Part shown: positions 26,528-35,786 of the stretch, piece by piece
How the letters are laid out: the number at the start of each line of letters is the position of its first letter
Numbering within the stretch: position 1 is the stretch's first letter
NCBI GenBank assembly: GCA_023381695.1
Contig: JAMCQP010000034.1
Location: forward strand, 72,617 to 136,616
Length of the DNA: 64,000 nt
Source of the DNA: Bacillota bacterium
Lineage (GTDB): Bacteria; Bacillota; UBA5301; JAMCQP01
Direction: 5' to 3'
Notes under the pieces: generated by a model
Told to the model about the DNA's origin: nothing
The model's database searches: none
The model's input: the letters and a program-made list of their open reading frames with translations, nothing else
Position numbers and translations under genes: made by a program

Positions 26528-27508
26528 ATGTTCATCCGCACCTACAAACCCGATGATGTGGAAGTTCTCGTGGACCTGATTAACCAGGCGGACGCTTTCG
26601 ACCACGCCGGGCGGCGTACCAATCCACAGGAGGTGAGGGCGTTTTTGGCCCAACCCGGCAATGACCCGGGAAGAAGCCTTTTTTTGGCGGAGATCGACGG
26701 AAAGCCGGTGGGATACAGCGAACTGGTGGTTCGCAGCAGCCGGAAGGAGAAGACCTTTCTCTGTTACGGCATGGTCCTGCCGGCTTTTCGGCGCCGCGGG
26801 ATTGGGAGCCGGCTGGTAAGTTGTGTAATAGACCGGGCGAAAGAGATCGGAAGCGAGGGGCCTCCCCCCGTCTTTCAGATCTCCGCGCGGCAGGGCATCT
26901 CCGGGGTAAATGCGCTGGCGGCTTCCCTGGGATTGAAGCCGTCCGAATGCAATCTTCGCCTCGAATTGGACAACCTTGGCCGGATACCGCCGGTGGGTGT
27001 GCCCGCCGGGGTGATGCTGCGGGCCTACCAGCCCGGCGGGGATGAGCAGGAGTATGTGGCGCTCTTCAATCTTGCTTTCGCTGAGCACTGGGGGAACCAG
27101 TATACGACGGTGGAAGAGATGCGATATTTCTTCGCTCAGCCGGGGCACAACCCCGAAGGGCAGATCCTGGCGTTCATCGGGGGAAAGATGGCCGGATTGT
27201 GCGGGGCGATCACCGAAGCCGGCGAGCGGCAACGCACCGGCCGGATGATGGGGGAGATCGACGCGGTCGCCGTCCATCCCGACTACCGCGGGCTTGGCCT
27301 GGGCAGGCTGATGGTCGTCGCTGGCCTGCGCTATCTGAAGCGCTGTGGGATGGAAGCGGCGTGGTTGTCGGTGATTGGCTCAAACCACCGGGCGCGGGCC
27401 ATCTATGAATCGCTGGGATTTGCGGAGAAACAGCGGACGGTGATGTGGCGCAAAATGCTGGAAGTCCCGCGAAAGGTGGCGGTGGGCTCCTGGACGACTT
27501 CTTATTAG
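26528..27508 (+). CDS. Double-GNAT N-acetyltransferase (MshD-like architecture)
   Basis: Two acetyl-CoA binding motifs are present: RRRGIGSRLV and YRGLGLGRLMV. ATG follows GGAAGGA. Confidence 0.75.
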   Translation: MFIRTYKPDDVEVLVDLINQADAFDHAGRRTNPQEVRAFLAQPGNDPGRSLFLAEIDGKPVGYSELVVRSSRKEKTFLCYGMVLPAFRRRGIGSRLVSCVIDRAKEIGSEGPPPVFQISARQGISGVNALAASLGLKPSECNLRLELDNLGRIPPVGVPAGVMLRAYQPGGDEQEYVALFNLAFAEHWGNQYTTVEEMRYFFAQPGHNPEGQILAFIGGKMAGLCGAITEAGERQRTGRMMGEIDAVAVHPDYRGLGLGRLMVVAGLRYLKRCGMEAAWLSVIGSNHRARAIYESLGFAEKQRTVMWRKMLEVPRKVAVGSWTTSY

Positions 27509-27557
27509 CACTGTCCACGCCGGCGGAAAAAAATTTGGCGGATCTGGCGGAAGCCTC

Positions 27558-27586
27558 TTGACATGGCTGACGGGATGCTTTAATAT
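27558..27586 (+). promoter_or_regulatory. Sigma-A-like promoter (TTGACA N17 TAATAT) for the S-box leader
   Basis: TTGACA at 27558-27563 and TAATAT at 27581-27586, directly upstream of the riboswitch. Confidence 0.5.
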
Positions 27587-27614
27587 AATAACCAATAAAA
27601 TTAAATACAGATGG

Positions 27615-27773
27615 TGTTTCGCTCTTATCCAGAGAGGTGGAGGGACTGGCCCGATGAAGCCCGGCAACCGGCGACCAACGTCGCAAGGTGCCAATTCCTG
27701 CAAGGCGCATGCCTTGGGAGATGAGAGAGGGAGCTTCGGGTTTACAGCCTCTTCCCTCGGAAGAGGCTTTTTA
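27615..27773 (+). promoter_or_regulatory. SAM-I (S-box) riboswitch with expression-platform terminator
   Basis: CTCTTATCCAGAGAGGTGGAGGGACTGGCCCGATGAAGCCCGGCAACC...AAGGTGCCAATTCCTGCA...GAGATGAGAG matches the S-box core. The terminator stem is 27746-27754 / 27760-27768, followed by T5. Confidence 0.9.
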
Positions 27774-27911
27774 TTCCGGCGAACCCCCTTCTCATCCCGG
27801 GAAGGGGGTTCGGCGTTACACCGGGAGGAGAAGAAAAGATGAGCAAGCAAGGATTCAGTGCGCAAGGTTTTGACACCAGGCGTTGAAAGTGGCGGTGAAG
27901 GAGGCGGTCTG

Positions 27912-29075
27912 ATGACCCGGGAAGTTTCGGCGAGGGAATTTTACACCTTTGCCCATCCCCCGGAGCGGTTTGCCCTGGAAAACGGGGAGGGACTGGGGCC
28001 GGTCACCGTGGCCTATGAAACTTACGGGAGGCTTAACAAGGCCGGTGATAACGCCATTGTGATCTGCCATGCCCTCACCGGCGATTCCCACGTGGCCAGC
28101 CACGGCGCCGGGGACACCGGTGAGGGGTGGTGGGAGAACTTTGTCGGCCCTGGCCGGCCGGTGGATACCCAGCGTTATTTCGTGGTCTGCGCCAACGTTC
28201 TGGGGGGATGCCAGGGCGCCACCGGCCCGTCCTCCACGAACCCGGCGACGGGCCTGCCCTACGCCATGACCTTCCCGACGGTGACCGTCAGGGATATGGT
28301 GCGGGTTCAGAAACGGTTGCTGGATCATCTGGGGGTAAAGCGCCTGTTGGCGGCCATCGGCGGTTCCATGGGAGGGATGCAGGTTCTGGAATGGGCCAGG
28401 AGTTACCCGGATTTTCTGGAGATGGCCATTCCAATTGCGTCGCCGGCCCGGCACTCCCCTCAGGCCATTGCGCTGGGGGAGGTGGGGCGGCAGGCGATCA
28501 TGCGGGATCCCAAATGGCGCAATGGGAATTATTACCCCGGAAAAGGCCCCACTGATGGACTGGCGGTGGCCAGGATGCTGGGGATGATCACCTATGAGAG
28601 CGAAGCGGCCATGCTCACCAAATTCGGCCGGAGGATGGATGTGGAGCCCACCGTCTTCGGGGGGAGTTTCCAGGTGGAAAGATACCTGGCCTACCAGGGC
28701 GAAAAGCTGGTGAAGCGCTTTGACGCCAACTCTTATCTGTACCTTTTGCGCGCCATGGATCTCTTCGATCTCACCGAGGGGCTCTTTTCCCTGGTGGAAG
28801 CCGTGCGAACCATCAAGGCGCGGGTGCTGGTGGTGGGCATCAGCTCCGACATCCTTTACCCCACCTGGCAGCAAAAGGAGCTGGTTGAGGCATTGCGCAA
28901 GGCCGGAGTGGTCGCTTTCTACCGGGAGGTCGATTCCATCTATGGACACGACGCTTTCCTGGTGGAACCCGAAAAGATGGCCCCCTGGATCGCCGATTTT
29001 TTGGGTGGCTACGGAAAAAATTTCCTTGCCGCAGGAATTTGGCCTGCCGCCGGTGAAAAGAAAGAGGTGATCTGA
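27912..29075 (+). CDS. metX: Homoserine O-acetyltransferase
   Basis: ICHALTGDSHVA, WW..GPG..DT.RYFVVCANVLGGCQGATGPSS and GGSMGGMQ match MetX. ATG lies 7 nt after GAAGGAGG. It sits downstream of the S-box. Confidence 0.9.
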   Translation: MTREVSAREFYTFAHPPERFALENGEGLGPVTVAYETYGRLNKAGDNAIVICHALTGDSHVASHGAGDTGEGWWENFVGPGRPVDTQRYFVVCANVLGGCQGATGPSSTNPATGLPYAMTFPTVTVRDMVRVQKRLLDHLGVKRLLAAIGGSMGGMQVLEWARSYPDFLEMAIPIASPARHSPQAIALGEVGRQAIMRDPKWRNGNYYPGKGPTDGLAVARMLGMITYESEAAMLTKFGRRMDVEPTVFGGSFQVERYLAYQGEKLVKRFDANSYLYLLRAMDLFDLTEGLFSLVEAVRTIKARVLVVGISSDILYPTWQQKELVEALRKAGVVAFYREVDSIYGHDAFLVEPEKMAPWIADFLGGYGKNFLAAGIWPAAGEKKEVI

Positions 29076-29137
29076 GAAAGGTACGGCCTTCCTTTTTAGG
29101 AAGAAGATCCGGTTTAGATGAAGATCCGGGGGATCTC

Positions 29138-30037
29138 ATGAGCATAAGATTGACTCCAGCCGGCACGCTGGATTTTGACGTCCTGGTTGACGTCTTTAAC
29201 AAAGCGTTCGCCGATTATTTCATGCCGGTATACCATGAGGCGGAAGGGCTGCGCAAGTACATATACACCCAGGATATCGATCTTGGCAGTTCTTTTGTCG
29301 CGTTCTCCGGGAAGGAGGCGTCGGGGTTTGTTCTGACCGGGATTCGCAAGGCTGAGGACGGTTTGATGGTCCGGGTGGACAGCATGGGAGTGGCTCCGAA
29401 GTACAGGAGGAAAGGCGTCGCCACCATATTGCTCACCGAGAGCCGCCGTCAAGCGGAGGCGATGGGGGCCAAAAGGATTATCCTGGAGGTGATTCAGGCC
29501 AATAGCCGGGCCATCTCCCTTTACACCAAGCAAGGGTACCAGGTGGCGCGGGAGCTGAAGAACTTTCAGTGGGGGCAGTTGCCGCTTCCCGGGGAGATCT
29601 CCCTGGGGCTCACCTTGCGGCCCATGGGCCTTGAGGAGGCAGAGGCCGCCAGCCGGCTTTGCTACACTTACCAGCTTCCGTGGCAAATAGATCGTTTGAC
29701 CATGAAGAAGCTGGGGAAGCCCTATGAATGTTTTCGCGCGGAGACGGGCGGGCAGTCCGTGGGCTTTGCGGTGCTGGTGCCCCGTGAGGATTCGGCGCAC
29801 CTTTTTCAGATGGGGGTGATCCCGGCCGCCAGGCGGAAAGGGGTGGCCGTCGCGATGCTCGGCGAACTTCAACGCGCATTCGCTCACCTGTCCCGGTGGT
29901 CGGCGTTGTATGTGCCGGCGGAAGAAAGGGCGGCGGTGGGCCTGGCGGAGAAGCTTGGCTGCCAGGAATTTTTCCCGCAGTATGAGATGCAGCTTTTTCT
30001 ACCCGGTTATGGCCGTCGGCCTCTGGAGCCGCATTGA
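29138..30037 (+). CDS. Double-domain GNAT N-acetyltransferase
   Basis: MGVAPKYRRKGVATILL and MGVIPAARRKGVAVAML acetyl-CoA motifs. Confidence 0.7.
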   Translation: MSIRLTPAGTLDFDVLVDVFNKAFADYFMPVYHEAEGLRKYIYTQDIDLGSSFVAFSGKEASGFVLTGIRKAEDGLMVRVDSMGVAPKYRRKGVATILLTESRRQAEAMGAKRIILEVIQANSRAISLYTKQGYQVARELKNFQWGQLPLPGEISLGLTLRPMGLEEAEAASRLCYTYQLPWQIDRLTMKKLGKPYECFRAETGGQSVGFAVLVPREDSAHLFQMGVIPAARRKGVAVAMLGELQRAFAHLSRWSALYVPAEERAAVGLAEKLGCQEFFPQYEMQLFLPGYGRRPLEPH

Positions 30038-30700
30038 TCGCAGCATGAAACCGTAGTAGTAGAACATGTTCAGGAGAACCGCCGGCAAAAGCGTACCCGT
30101 TCTGTACCACAGAACGCCGCAGGCGCATTCAAGCAGAAACCCGGCCAGATAATGCGCGCCGCTCGCCAAGGACCCCCTTCGAATGATGGCCGCGGCAGGT
30201 GGATTGGCCAGATAGGCCAGCGTCTGGAGGAGGGCCGAGACGGCAATTGCCTGCCAGATAGGGGCAAAGGCCATCAAATAGGTCTGAAGAATTCCCCTGA
30301 AAAATGCCTCCTCGCTTACCGCCCCCGCCAGCACACCGATGCTGGTAACCCTTAATTCCCCGGAGGATCCCTTTCGACCGCCAAGCGCCACCATCAGCAA
30401 ACTGTAACCGATCATGAGGGCGATCAACACCCATTTTGCCACCGGAGCCAGAAAACCGCCCGTCAGCCCCAGTGCCTGGAACGACGCTCCCCTGGCCAGA
30501 AGCACCACTACGGGCAAGAGGAAGAAGCCGCACCGGAGAAGCATGCCGGCCGCGGGCCGGATCTTTCCCTGGGTGAGGGATTTTCTGATCAACCACAAAG
30601 CGACGAAGATCGCGGGATAGACCACCAGAATCCAGAAGATCCTTTCCAGACTCACATCTGCCACCCCCTCTGGGAGCCGGGCTTTGCCAAGCCCTTCCAT
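29999..30700 (-). CDS. CPBP-family intramembrane glutamic endopeptidase (CAAX protease-like)
   Basis: Polytopic protein with the EEAFFRGILQ motif (EExxxR) and a later H-containing helix. Confidence 0.75.
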   Translation of the reverse strand: MEGLGKARLPEGVADVSLERIFWILVVYPAIFVALWLIRKSLTQGKIRPAAGMLLRCGFFLLPVVVLLARGASFQALGLTGGFLAPVAKWVLIALMIGYSLLMVALGGRKGSSGELRVTSIGVLAGAVSEEAFFRGILQTYLMAFAPIWQAIAVSALLQTLAYLANPPAAAIIRRGSLASGAHYLAGFLLECACGVLWYRTGTLLPAVLLNMFYYYGFMLRSMRLQRPTAITG

Positions 30701-30730
30701 TCCGATAATATAACTTGTCCGGGCCTAAAG

Positions 30731-30991
30731 TCAAGGGGTAACATGGATCTGGATCGCGCCGGCAATCTGGTTGTCGAAGGTCAACTGGGTGTAGCCCAGT
30801 TGGACGACCCAGGACGGGGAGTTTTGGACAACCTTGATGGTCATGCCGGGTAAAATGCCCATGGCCATCAATTTATGGAGGGTTCTGGAGTCCTTGCCTT
30901 CCAGGGCGGTGATCAACCCCTTTTGTCCCGGCCGGAGCCGGGAGAGTGTGAGCGCCGGGGAGGCGGGAGAAGACGAAGAAAGCCTGGGCAT
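30731..30991 (-). CDS. feoA: Ferrous iron transport protein A
   Basis: SH3-like FeoA pattern: L..L..GQKG.I..L......L.KLMAMGI.PG..I.V. Confidence 0.85.
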   Translation of the reverse strand: MPRLSSSSPASPALTLSRLRPGQKGLITALEGKDSRTLHKLMAMGILPGMTIKVVQNSPSWVVQLGYTQLTFDNQIAGAIQIHVTP

Positions 30992-31076
30992 CGCATGGAC
31001 AACCTCTCTTCTTTGTTGACGCAGTCTTGGATCGGGCCGGCGCCGGCTTGAACCAACCTTAAATCTGGCGCCGGAG

Positions 31077-33128
31077 TCAGATTTGTACGCCGAGGAAGGT
31101 CAAGGCCTGATTCAAGATGTACCCCATCAGAAAGGCGAAAGGAAAGATGAAGAAGATCGCCTGCAGGGCAAACCGCCAGCCGCGCTCCTTGACCATCATG
31201 GAAAATTGAGCAATGCAGGGGGTAAAGAGCGTGAGGGTGACGGCGGCCACCACCACGGGAATGCCCGACAGCTGTCCGGAGGTTTGCAGGTCATAAAGGC
31301 CCGCGGCCCCATAGTCCCGGCGGAAGAACCCGAAGAGAATCGCCACCGCCGTCTCCTTGGGCAGGCCGAGGGATTGGACCACGGGTTCAAGCCCGGAGAT
31401 GATGAGCTGGAAGACGCCGGAGATCCGCCCGAGCCAGATGAAGACGCTGGCCAGGATGAAGAGAGGGAAGATCTCCATGAAGTACCATTCAATCCGCATA
31501 TAGGTCTTTCGCAGGACGTTGCCGATCTGGGGGATGCGTAATGGGGGAACCTCCATGTAAAAGCTCGGGGGTGATCCAGGAGTGAGCCTGGCGCTGAGCT
31601 GCCCGGCGACGATGAAGACGGCGCCCACCACCAGACCCCAGATGAGAAGGCCGGCCGGGTGGCCGGAGAGCATGGCGAAGATCAGCCCGAGCTGGGCGGA
31701 ACAGGGGATGGACAGGGCCAGAAGGAACGTGGCGATGATCCGTTCCCTGCGGGTTTCCAGGATCCGGGTGGACATGGTGGCCATGGTGCCGCAGCCCAGT
31801 CCCAGAACCAGCGGGATGGCCGCCCGGCCGTTTAAGCCCAGCTTTTTGAAGACCCGGTCCACCAGCATGGCCAGCCGCGGGAAGTAACCGCTGTCCTCCA
31901 GGACCGAAAAGAAGAGGAAGAAGGTTCCCACAATCGGGAAGACGATGGCGATGGCGTACCGGACGCCCAGGGTGAGAATCCCGTACTCTCCGGCAAAAAG
32001 CTCCCGCCAGACGGGCCAGGGGAGAAGATAAGCCACCGCCTTCTCAAAGACGGGGTTGAGAAAGCCGCTGAAAACTCTCTGTTCCAGGAGATCCACCAGG
32101 GTTCCCGCCCCGAAGACCCCCACAAACTGGTAGAGGCCGTAGTAAAGAACCACCAGCATGATGGGAACGCCGGTCACCGGATTCATGGTGAGCCGGCTTG
32201 CCCATTCGCCCAGGGAGATCCGGCCTTCTTTTCCGGCGCGGATGACCTGGCCGGCGATGCGGCGCGCATATTCTTGGCGCCGCATGGCGATCTGCAAGTT
32301 TACCGGTTCGGGCGAGTGCTTTTGGGCCTGGGCCAGAATCTCTTCGATCCGGGCGGCCCGGAGCCCCTCTTTCTGTTTGACCAGTTCCAGGATCTCCGGA
32401 TCTTCCTGGAGGAGGAGGAGGGCGACCGCCCGCCGGGAGATGGAATACTTGCCGCGCAACTGGTTGCCCACCGCCTCGAGGGCTCTTTCCAGCTCGGGCC
32501 CGTAGTCCACCGGGCGTTCTCCGGAGGCGGGACGTCCAGCGGGAGGCAGGCGCTCCACCGGCGACACGGCCCCGGCCGGGCGGGCGGCGGTGGCGATCAG
32601 CTTCTTCAACTCGCCCAGCCCCCGTCTGGTGGTGGAGACGGTGGCCACCGCCGGTATGCCGAGCTCCGTTTTCAGGCGGACGAGATCGAATTTAAGGTTG
32701 AGTTTTTCGGCCTCGTCCATCATATTCAGATCAAGGATCACGCTGAGCCCGGCTTCCAGTAGCTGCAGGGTCATGGGCAGCGAACGTTCCAGGTTTTTGG
32801 CGTCCATGGCATGAATTACCACCGACGGCCTTTCCGCCAGCAGGATGGAGCGCGCCACCCTCTCCTCTTCCGTGATGGGCAGGAGGGAGTACATTCCCGG
32901 CGTATCCACGATCTCGCAGGCCAGGCCATTGATCGAGGCAGTGCCGCGGGTAACCTCCACGGTGGTGCCGGGATAGTTGGAGACCATGGCGTACCTGCCG
33001 GTCAGGTTGCCGAACATGGCGCTCTTCCCCACGTTGGGGGTTCCCACCAGGGCGACTCTTGGCCTGGCGCCCTGGACAGATTCATGGGGGGGCGGTTCCC
33101 GCCGCCCGGATACGGCGATGTCTGGCAT
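31077..33128 (-). CDS. feoB: Ferrous iron transport protein B
   Basis: N-terminal G-domain (VALVGTPNVGKSAMFNxLTG-like, DTPG) followed by a large polytopic permease domain. Confidence 0.9.
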   Translation of the reverse strand: MPDIAVSGRREPPPHESVQGARPRVALVGTPNVGKSAMFGNLTGRYAMVSNYPGTTVEVTRGTASINGLACEIVDTPGMYSLLPITEEERVARSILLAERPSVVIHAMDAKNLERSLPMTLQLLEAGLSVILDLNMMDEAEKLNLKFDLVRLKTELGIPAVATVSTTRRGLGELKKLIATAARPAGAVSPVERLPPAGRPASGERPVDYGPELERALEAVGNQLRGKYSISRRAVALLLLQEDPEILELVKQKEGLRAARIEEILAQAQKHSPEPVNLQIAMRRQEYARRIAGQVIRAGKEGRISLGEWASRLTMNPVTGVPIMLVVLYYGLYQFVGVFGAGTLVDLLEQRVFSGFLNPVFEKAVAYLLPWPVWRELFAGEYGILTLGVRYAIAIVFPIVGTFFLFFSVLEDSGYFPRLAMLVDRVFKKLGLNGRAAIPLVLGLGCGTMATMSTRILETRRERIIATFLLALSIPCSAQLGLIFAMLSGHPAGLLIWGLVVGAVFIVAGQLSARLTPGSPPSFYMEVPPLRIPQIGNVLRKTYMRIEWYFMEIFPLFILASVFIWLGRISGVFQLIISGLEPVVQSLGLPKETAVAILFGFFRRDYGAAGLYDLQTSGQLSGIPVVVAAVTLTLFTPCIAQFSMMVKERGWRFALQAIFFIFPFAFLMGYILNQALTFLGVQI

Positions 33129-33221
33129 CTGTTCCCCTCCCGATTCGCTCTCTGGTAATTAGATGCGGGCGGGGACAGAAAAATGTCGGTAATTTTCCGG
33201 GGCTGTTTCGGATTTTGCGGG

Positions 33222-34643
33222 CTATTTGAGGGGGTCGCGGCCCCAAAGGTGCTTCAAGGCATGGGCGAGAAAGCGTTCTGAATACCTGGACAGGCGTTCC
33301 AGGCGAAAACTCTCGGAGAGCAATTGTTTGTGGAGTTCCCCGATCTTCTCCCGGGGAGAGAAGAAGAGGTAGAGCGGCACCCCCAGGAGGACCAGCCCGG
33401 CGCCCAGGAGAAGCTCCTTGCGGCTGACCTGGGTGATGAGAAACAGGCTGGCGGCCGCGGCCAGATAAGGTATCCAGCGGGTGAAAGGGACTCGTAACCT
33501 GGCGTCGGGGTGCCGGCGCCGCAGGCGCAAGGCGGCCAGCGCGGTGACCAGGTAGGCCAGCCCCAGGCAAAAGACCGCGACCTTGATCAGACCCCCAATA
33601 TTGCCATAAATGGCGGCGAAGAGGGCGGTGGTATTCTGGAAGAGGAGGGAGACGTATGGCGTCCCGTAGCGGGGATGCAACCTGCCGAAAATCTTTGGAA
33701 GGTGGCCGTCGACAGCCATGGCGTAAGCCAGCCGGGAGGTCCCGAAGGTGCCCGACTCGTCCGAACCGGAGATGGAGATCACCGCTCCCAGAGCCATGAT
33801 GATGGCAGCGGCGCCGGAAAGGGCGGGTGCGACATCCAGGGCCATGGCCCGGAAGGCGTCGGTCAAAGGCGCGCTGGCCCTGGCCAGGATCTTCCAGGGC
33901 AGGGTCCCCAATATTACGAAATTGGTGACCAGATAAAAGATGATCACCACGCCGATACCGCGGATAATGGCCACCGGAATCGTCCGGCGGGGATCTTTCA
34001 CCTCCCCGGCGGGAATGGCCGCCAGTTCAAACCCGGCGTAAGCCCAGAAGATGGCCACCAGCGCTGGCCCGAAACCCTTCCACCCCAGGGGGGCAAAGGG
34101 GATGAAATTTTTTGCCGCAAGAAGTGGGTTCCAGGCCAGGTAGGCGATTCCCAGGAGGGAAAAGAGGAGGAGAGGCCCGAGTTTGGCCAGGGTGAGAAAG
34201 TCGTTGACCTTACCGGCGGCGCGGGTTCCGACGTAGTTCACCACGGTCAGAAACAGCACGAAGAGAACTTTTAGGGAGGTGGTTTCCCAGAAGGAGAGGT
34301 GGGGGAAGAAGACCCCCAGATAGCGGGTGAACGCGATGGGAAAGACGGCCAGCGAGGTCCATTCCGCCAGCCACAACGACCAACCCACCAAAAAACCGGG
34401 GAAGTTGCCGAATGCTTCGCGGGCATAGGCGTAGGATCCGCCCACCCGGGGCGCGACCATCGCGCACTGGGCGAACGCCAGGGCGATCAGAACCGCCAGA
34501 AAGCCCGCGACGACCCAGGCCGCCAGCGCCGCGGGGCCCAGGAGCCCCGACCCGAAGGAGGCGGCCACATAGATATCCGCTCCGATAATGGAACCCACCA
34601 CCAGGCTGGTGATGTCAAACAGGCCGAGAGCTTTTTGACTCAT
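33222..34643 (-). CDS. APC-superfamily amino acid permease
   Basis: MSQKALGLFDITSLVVGSIIGADIYV is a typical APC N-terminus, and there are about 12 TM helices. The ATG at 34643 overlaps the upstream stop (ATGA). The longer ORF-track start is unlikely. Confidence 0.8.
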   Translation of the reverse strand: MSQKALGLFDITSLVVGSIIGADIYVAASFGSGLLGPAALAAWVVAGFLAVLIALAFAQCAMVAPRVGGSYAYAREAFGNFPGFLVGWSLWLAEWTSLAVFPIAFTRYLGVFFPHLSFWETTSLKVLFVLFLTVVNYVGTRAAGKVNDFLTLAKLGPLLLFSLLGIAYLAWNPLLAAKNFIPFAPLGWKGFGPALVAIFWAYAGFELAAIPAGEVKDPRRTIPVAIIRGIGVVIIFYLVTNFVILGTLPWKILARASAPLTDAFRAMALDVAPALSGAAAIIMALGAVISISGSDESGTFGTSRLAYAMAVDGHLPKIFGRLHPRYGTPYVSLLFQNTTALFAAIYGNIGGLIKVAVFCLGLAYLVTALAALRLRRRHPDARLRVPFTRWIPYLAAAASLFLITQVSRKELLLGAGLVLLGVPLYLFFSPREKIGELHKQLLSESFRLERLSRYSERFLAHALKHLWGRDPLK

Positions 34644-34849
34644 CGCTGTTTTTGCGGTCTGGTGGAGATGCCCAGGAGCATCCACAGCGGGGAGAACCCG
34701 GTAACCGCCACCAGGGATTCCACAAACCCCAGCGCCACGGAGAAAGCCCGCCAGGGCCTCGGCACCCAGGCGAAGGTGAAGGCGCCCAGAAAAGCAAAAC
34801 CGATGAGCAGTCTGATGATCCGATCCACGGGGCCGACGTTGATTACCAT
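34640..34849 (-). CDS. DUF2892 (YgaP-like) small membrane protein
   Basis: MVINVGPVDRIIRLLIG..VTGFSPLW fits the DUF2892 pattern. ATG follows a GGAGG site. Confidence 0.7.
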   Translation of the reverse strand: MVINVGPVDRIIRLLIGFAFLGAFTFAWVPRPWRAFSVALGFVESLVAVTGFSPLWMLLGISTRPQKQR

Positions 34850-35165
34850 CCTTAATCCTCCCGGTTGAAGCTGTGGCATCTTCAGGAAAGAGCAAGATTG
34901 TCTTCCAGCATTCTTCCCCGGCCTGGGCCTTTCCATTCGGGAAGATATCCGCGAAGATAAACGGGGAAGATATCGAAATAGTTAATATTTGTCCGTCCGG
35001 GAGGAGACGCTGGTTGTGCCAAGAATAACTATACCGGGGTAAAATGAAAAGATCGAGCACCGCTTTGGTCGGCAAGGAGCTTCTGGAGCAGAGGGGCAAC
35101 TTTTTGCAGTGGAATCAAGATTTATTTCTACAAGTTTTTGCTGGAGCAGGCAAGGAGATGGAGTT

Positions 35166-35786
35166 ATGTGGCGGATTGTCCCCAGGGAGGAGAAGTTCTT
35201 CGAACTGTTTGAAGAGGGCGCCCAGAACGCCCACACTGGCGCCAGGATGCTCCACCGGCTGATCAACGATTTTGCCGATGTGGAGGAGCGGGCCAGGGAG
35301 ATCGAAGGCATTGAGCATGAGGGTGATCGGATTACCCATGAGATCATGGGAAGACTCAACAAGACCTTTTTGACGCCCATCGATCGCGAGGATATCCACG
35401 CGATAGCCAAGGAACTGGACAATATCATCGATCTGATCGAGGCCACGGCGGACAGGCTGCACCTGTACAAGATCACCGTGATCACCGAGGATGCCAGAAG
35501 CCTGGCGGATCTGGTCCTCAAATCCACTGAAGAGGTCTGCAAGGCGGTGGAGGGGCTTCGGGAGCTCAAGAAGGGGAAGAGCGTCAAGCATTGCGTGGAG
35601 ATCAACCGGCTGGAAAACGACGCCGACCGGATCTACCGGCTGGCAATCGCCAGACTCTTTGAGAATGGGACCAACGCCATCGAAGCTTTCAAGTGGAAGG
35701 AGATCTACGACCACCTGGAGACGGCGACGGACGCCTGTGAGGATGTCGCCAACCTGATCGAGGGAGTGGCCATGAAATATGCCTGA
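35166..35786 (+). CDS. DUF47 / PhoU-like Pit accessory protein
   Basis: REEKFFELFEE..IEHEGDRITHEI..TPIDREDI..ENDADRIY is typical of the DUF47 partners of PiT transporters. Confidence 0.8.
   Translation: MWRIVPREEKFFELFEEGAQNAHTGARMLHRLINDFADVEERAREIEGIEHEGDRITHEIMGRLNKTFLTPIDREDIHAIAKELDNIIDLIEATADRLHLYKITVITEDARSLADLVLKSTEEVCKAVEGLRELKKGKSVKHCVEINRLENDADRIYRLAIARLFENGTNAIEAFKWKEIYDHLETATDACEDVANLIEGVAMKYA

Noticed and set aside
27858-27911. Upstream GTG start for metX proposed by the ORF track
   Set aside because: The ATG at 27912 has a well-spaced GAAGGAGG SD, and the extra 18 residues (RKVLTPGVESGGEGGGL) are not part of MetX as I know it. The upstream start is kept only as an alternative.
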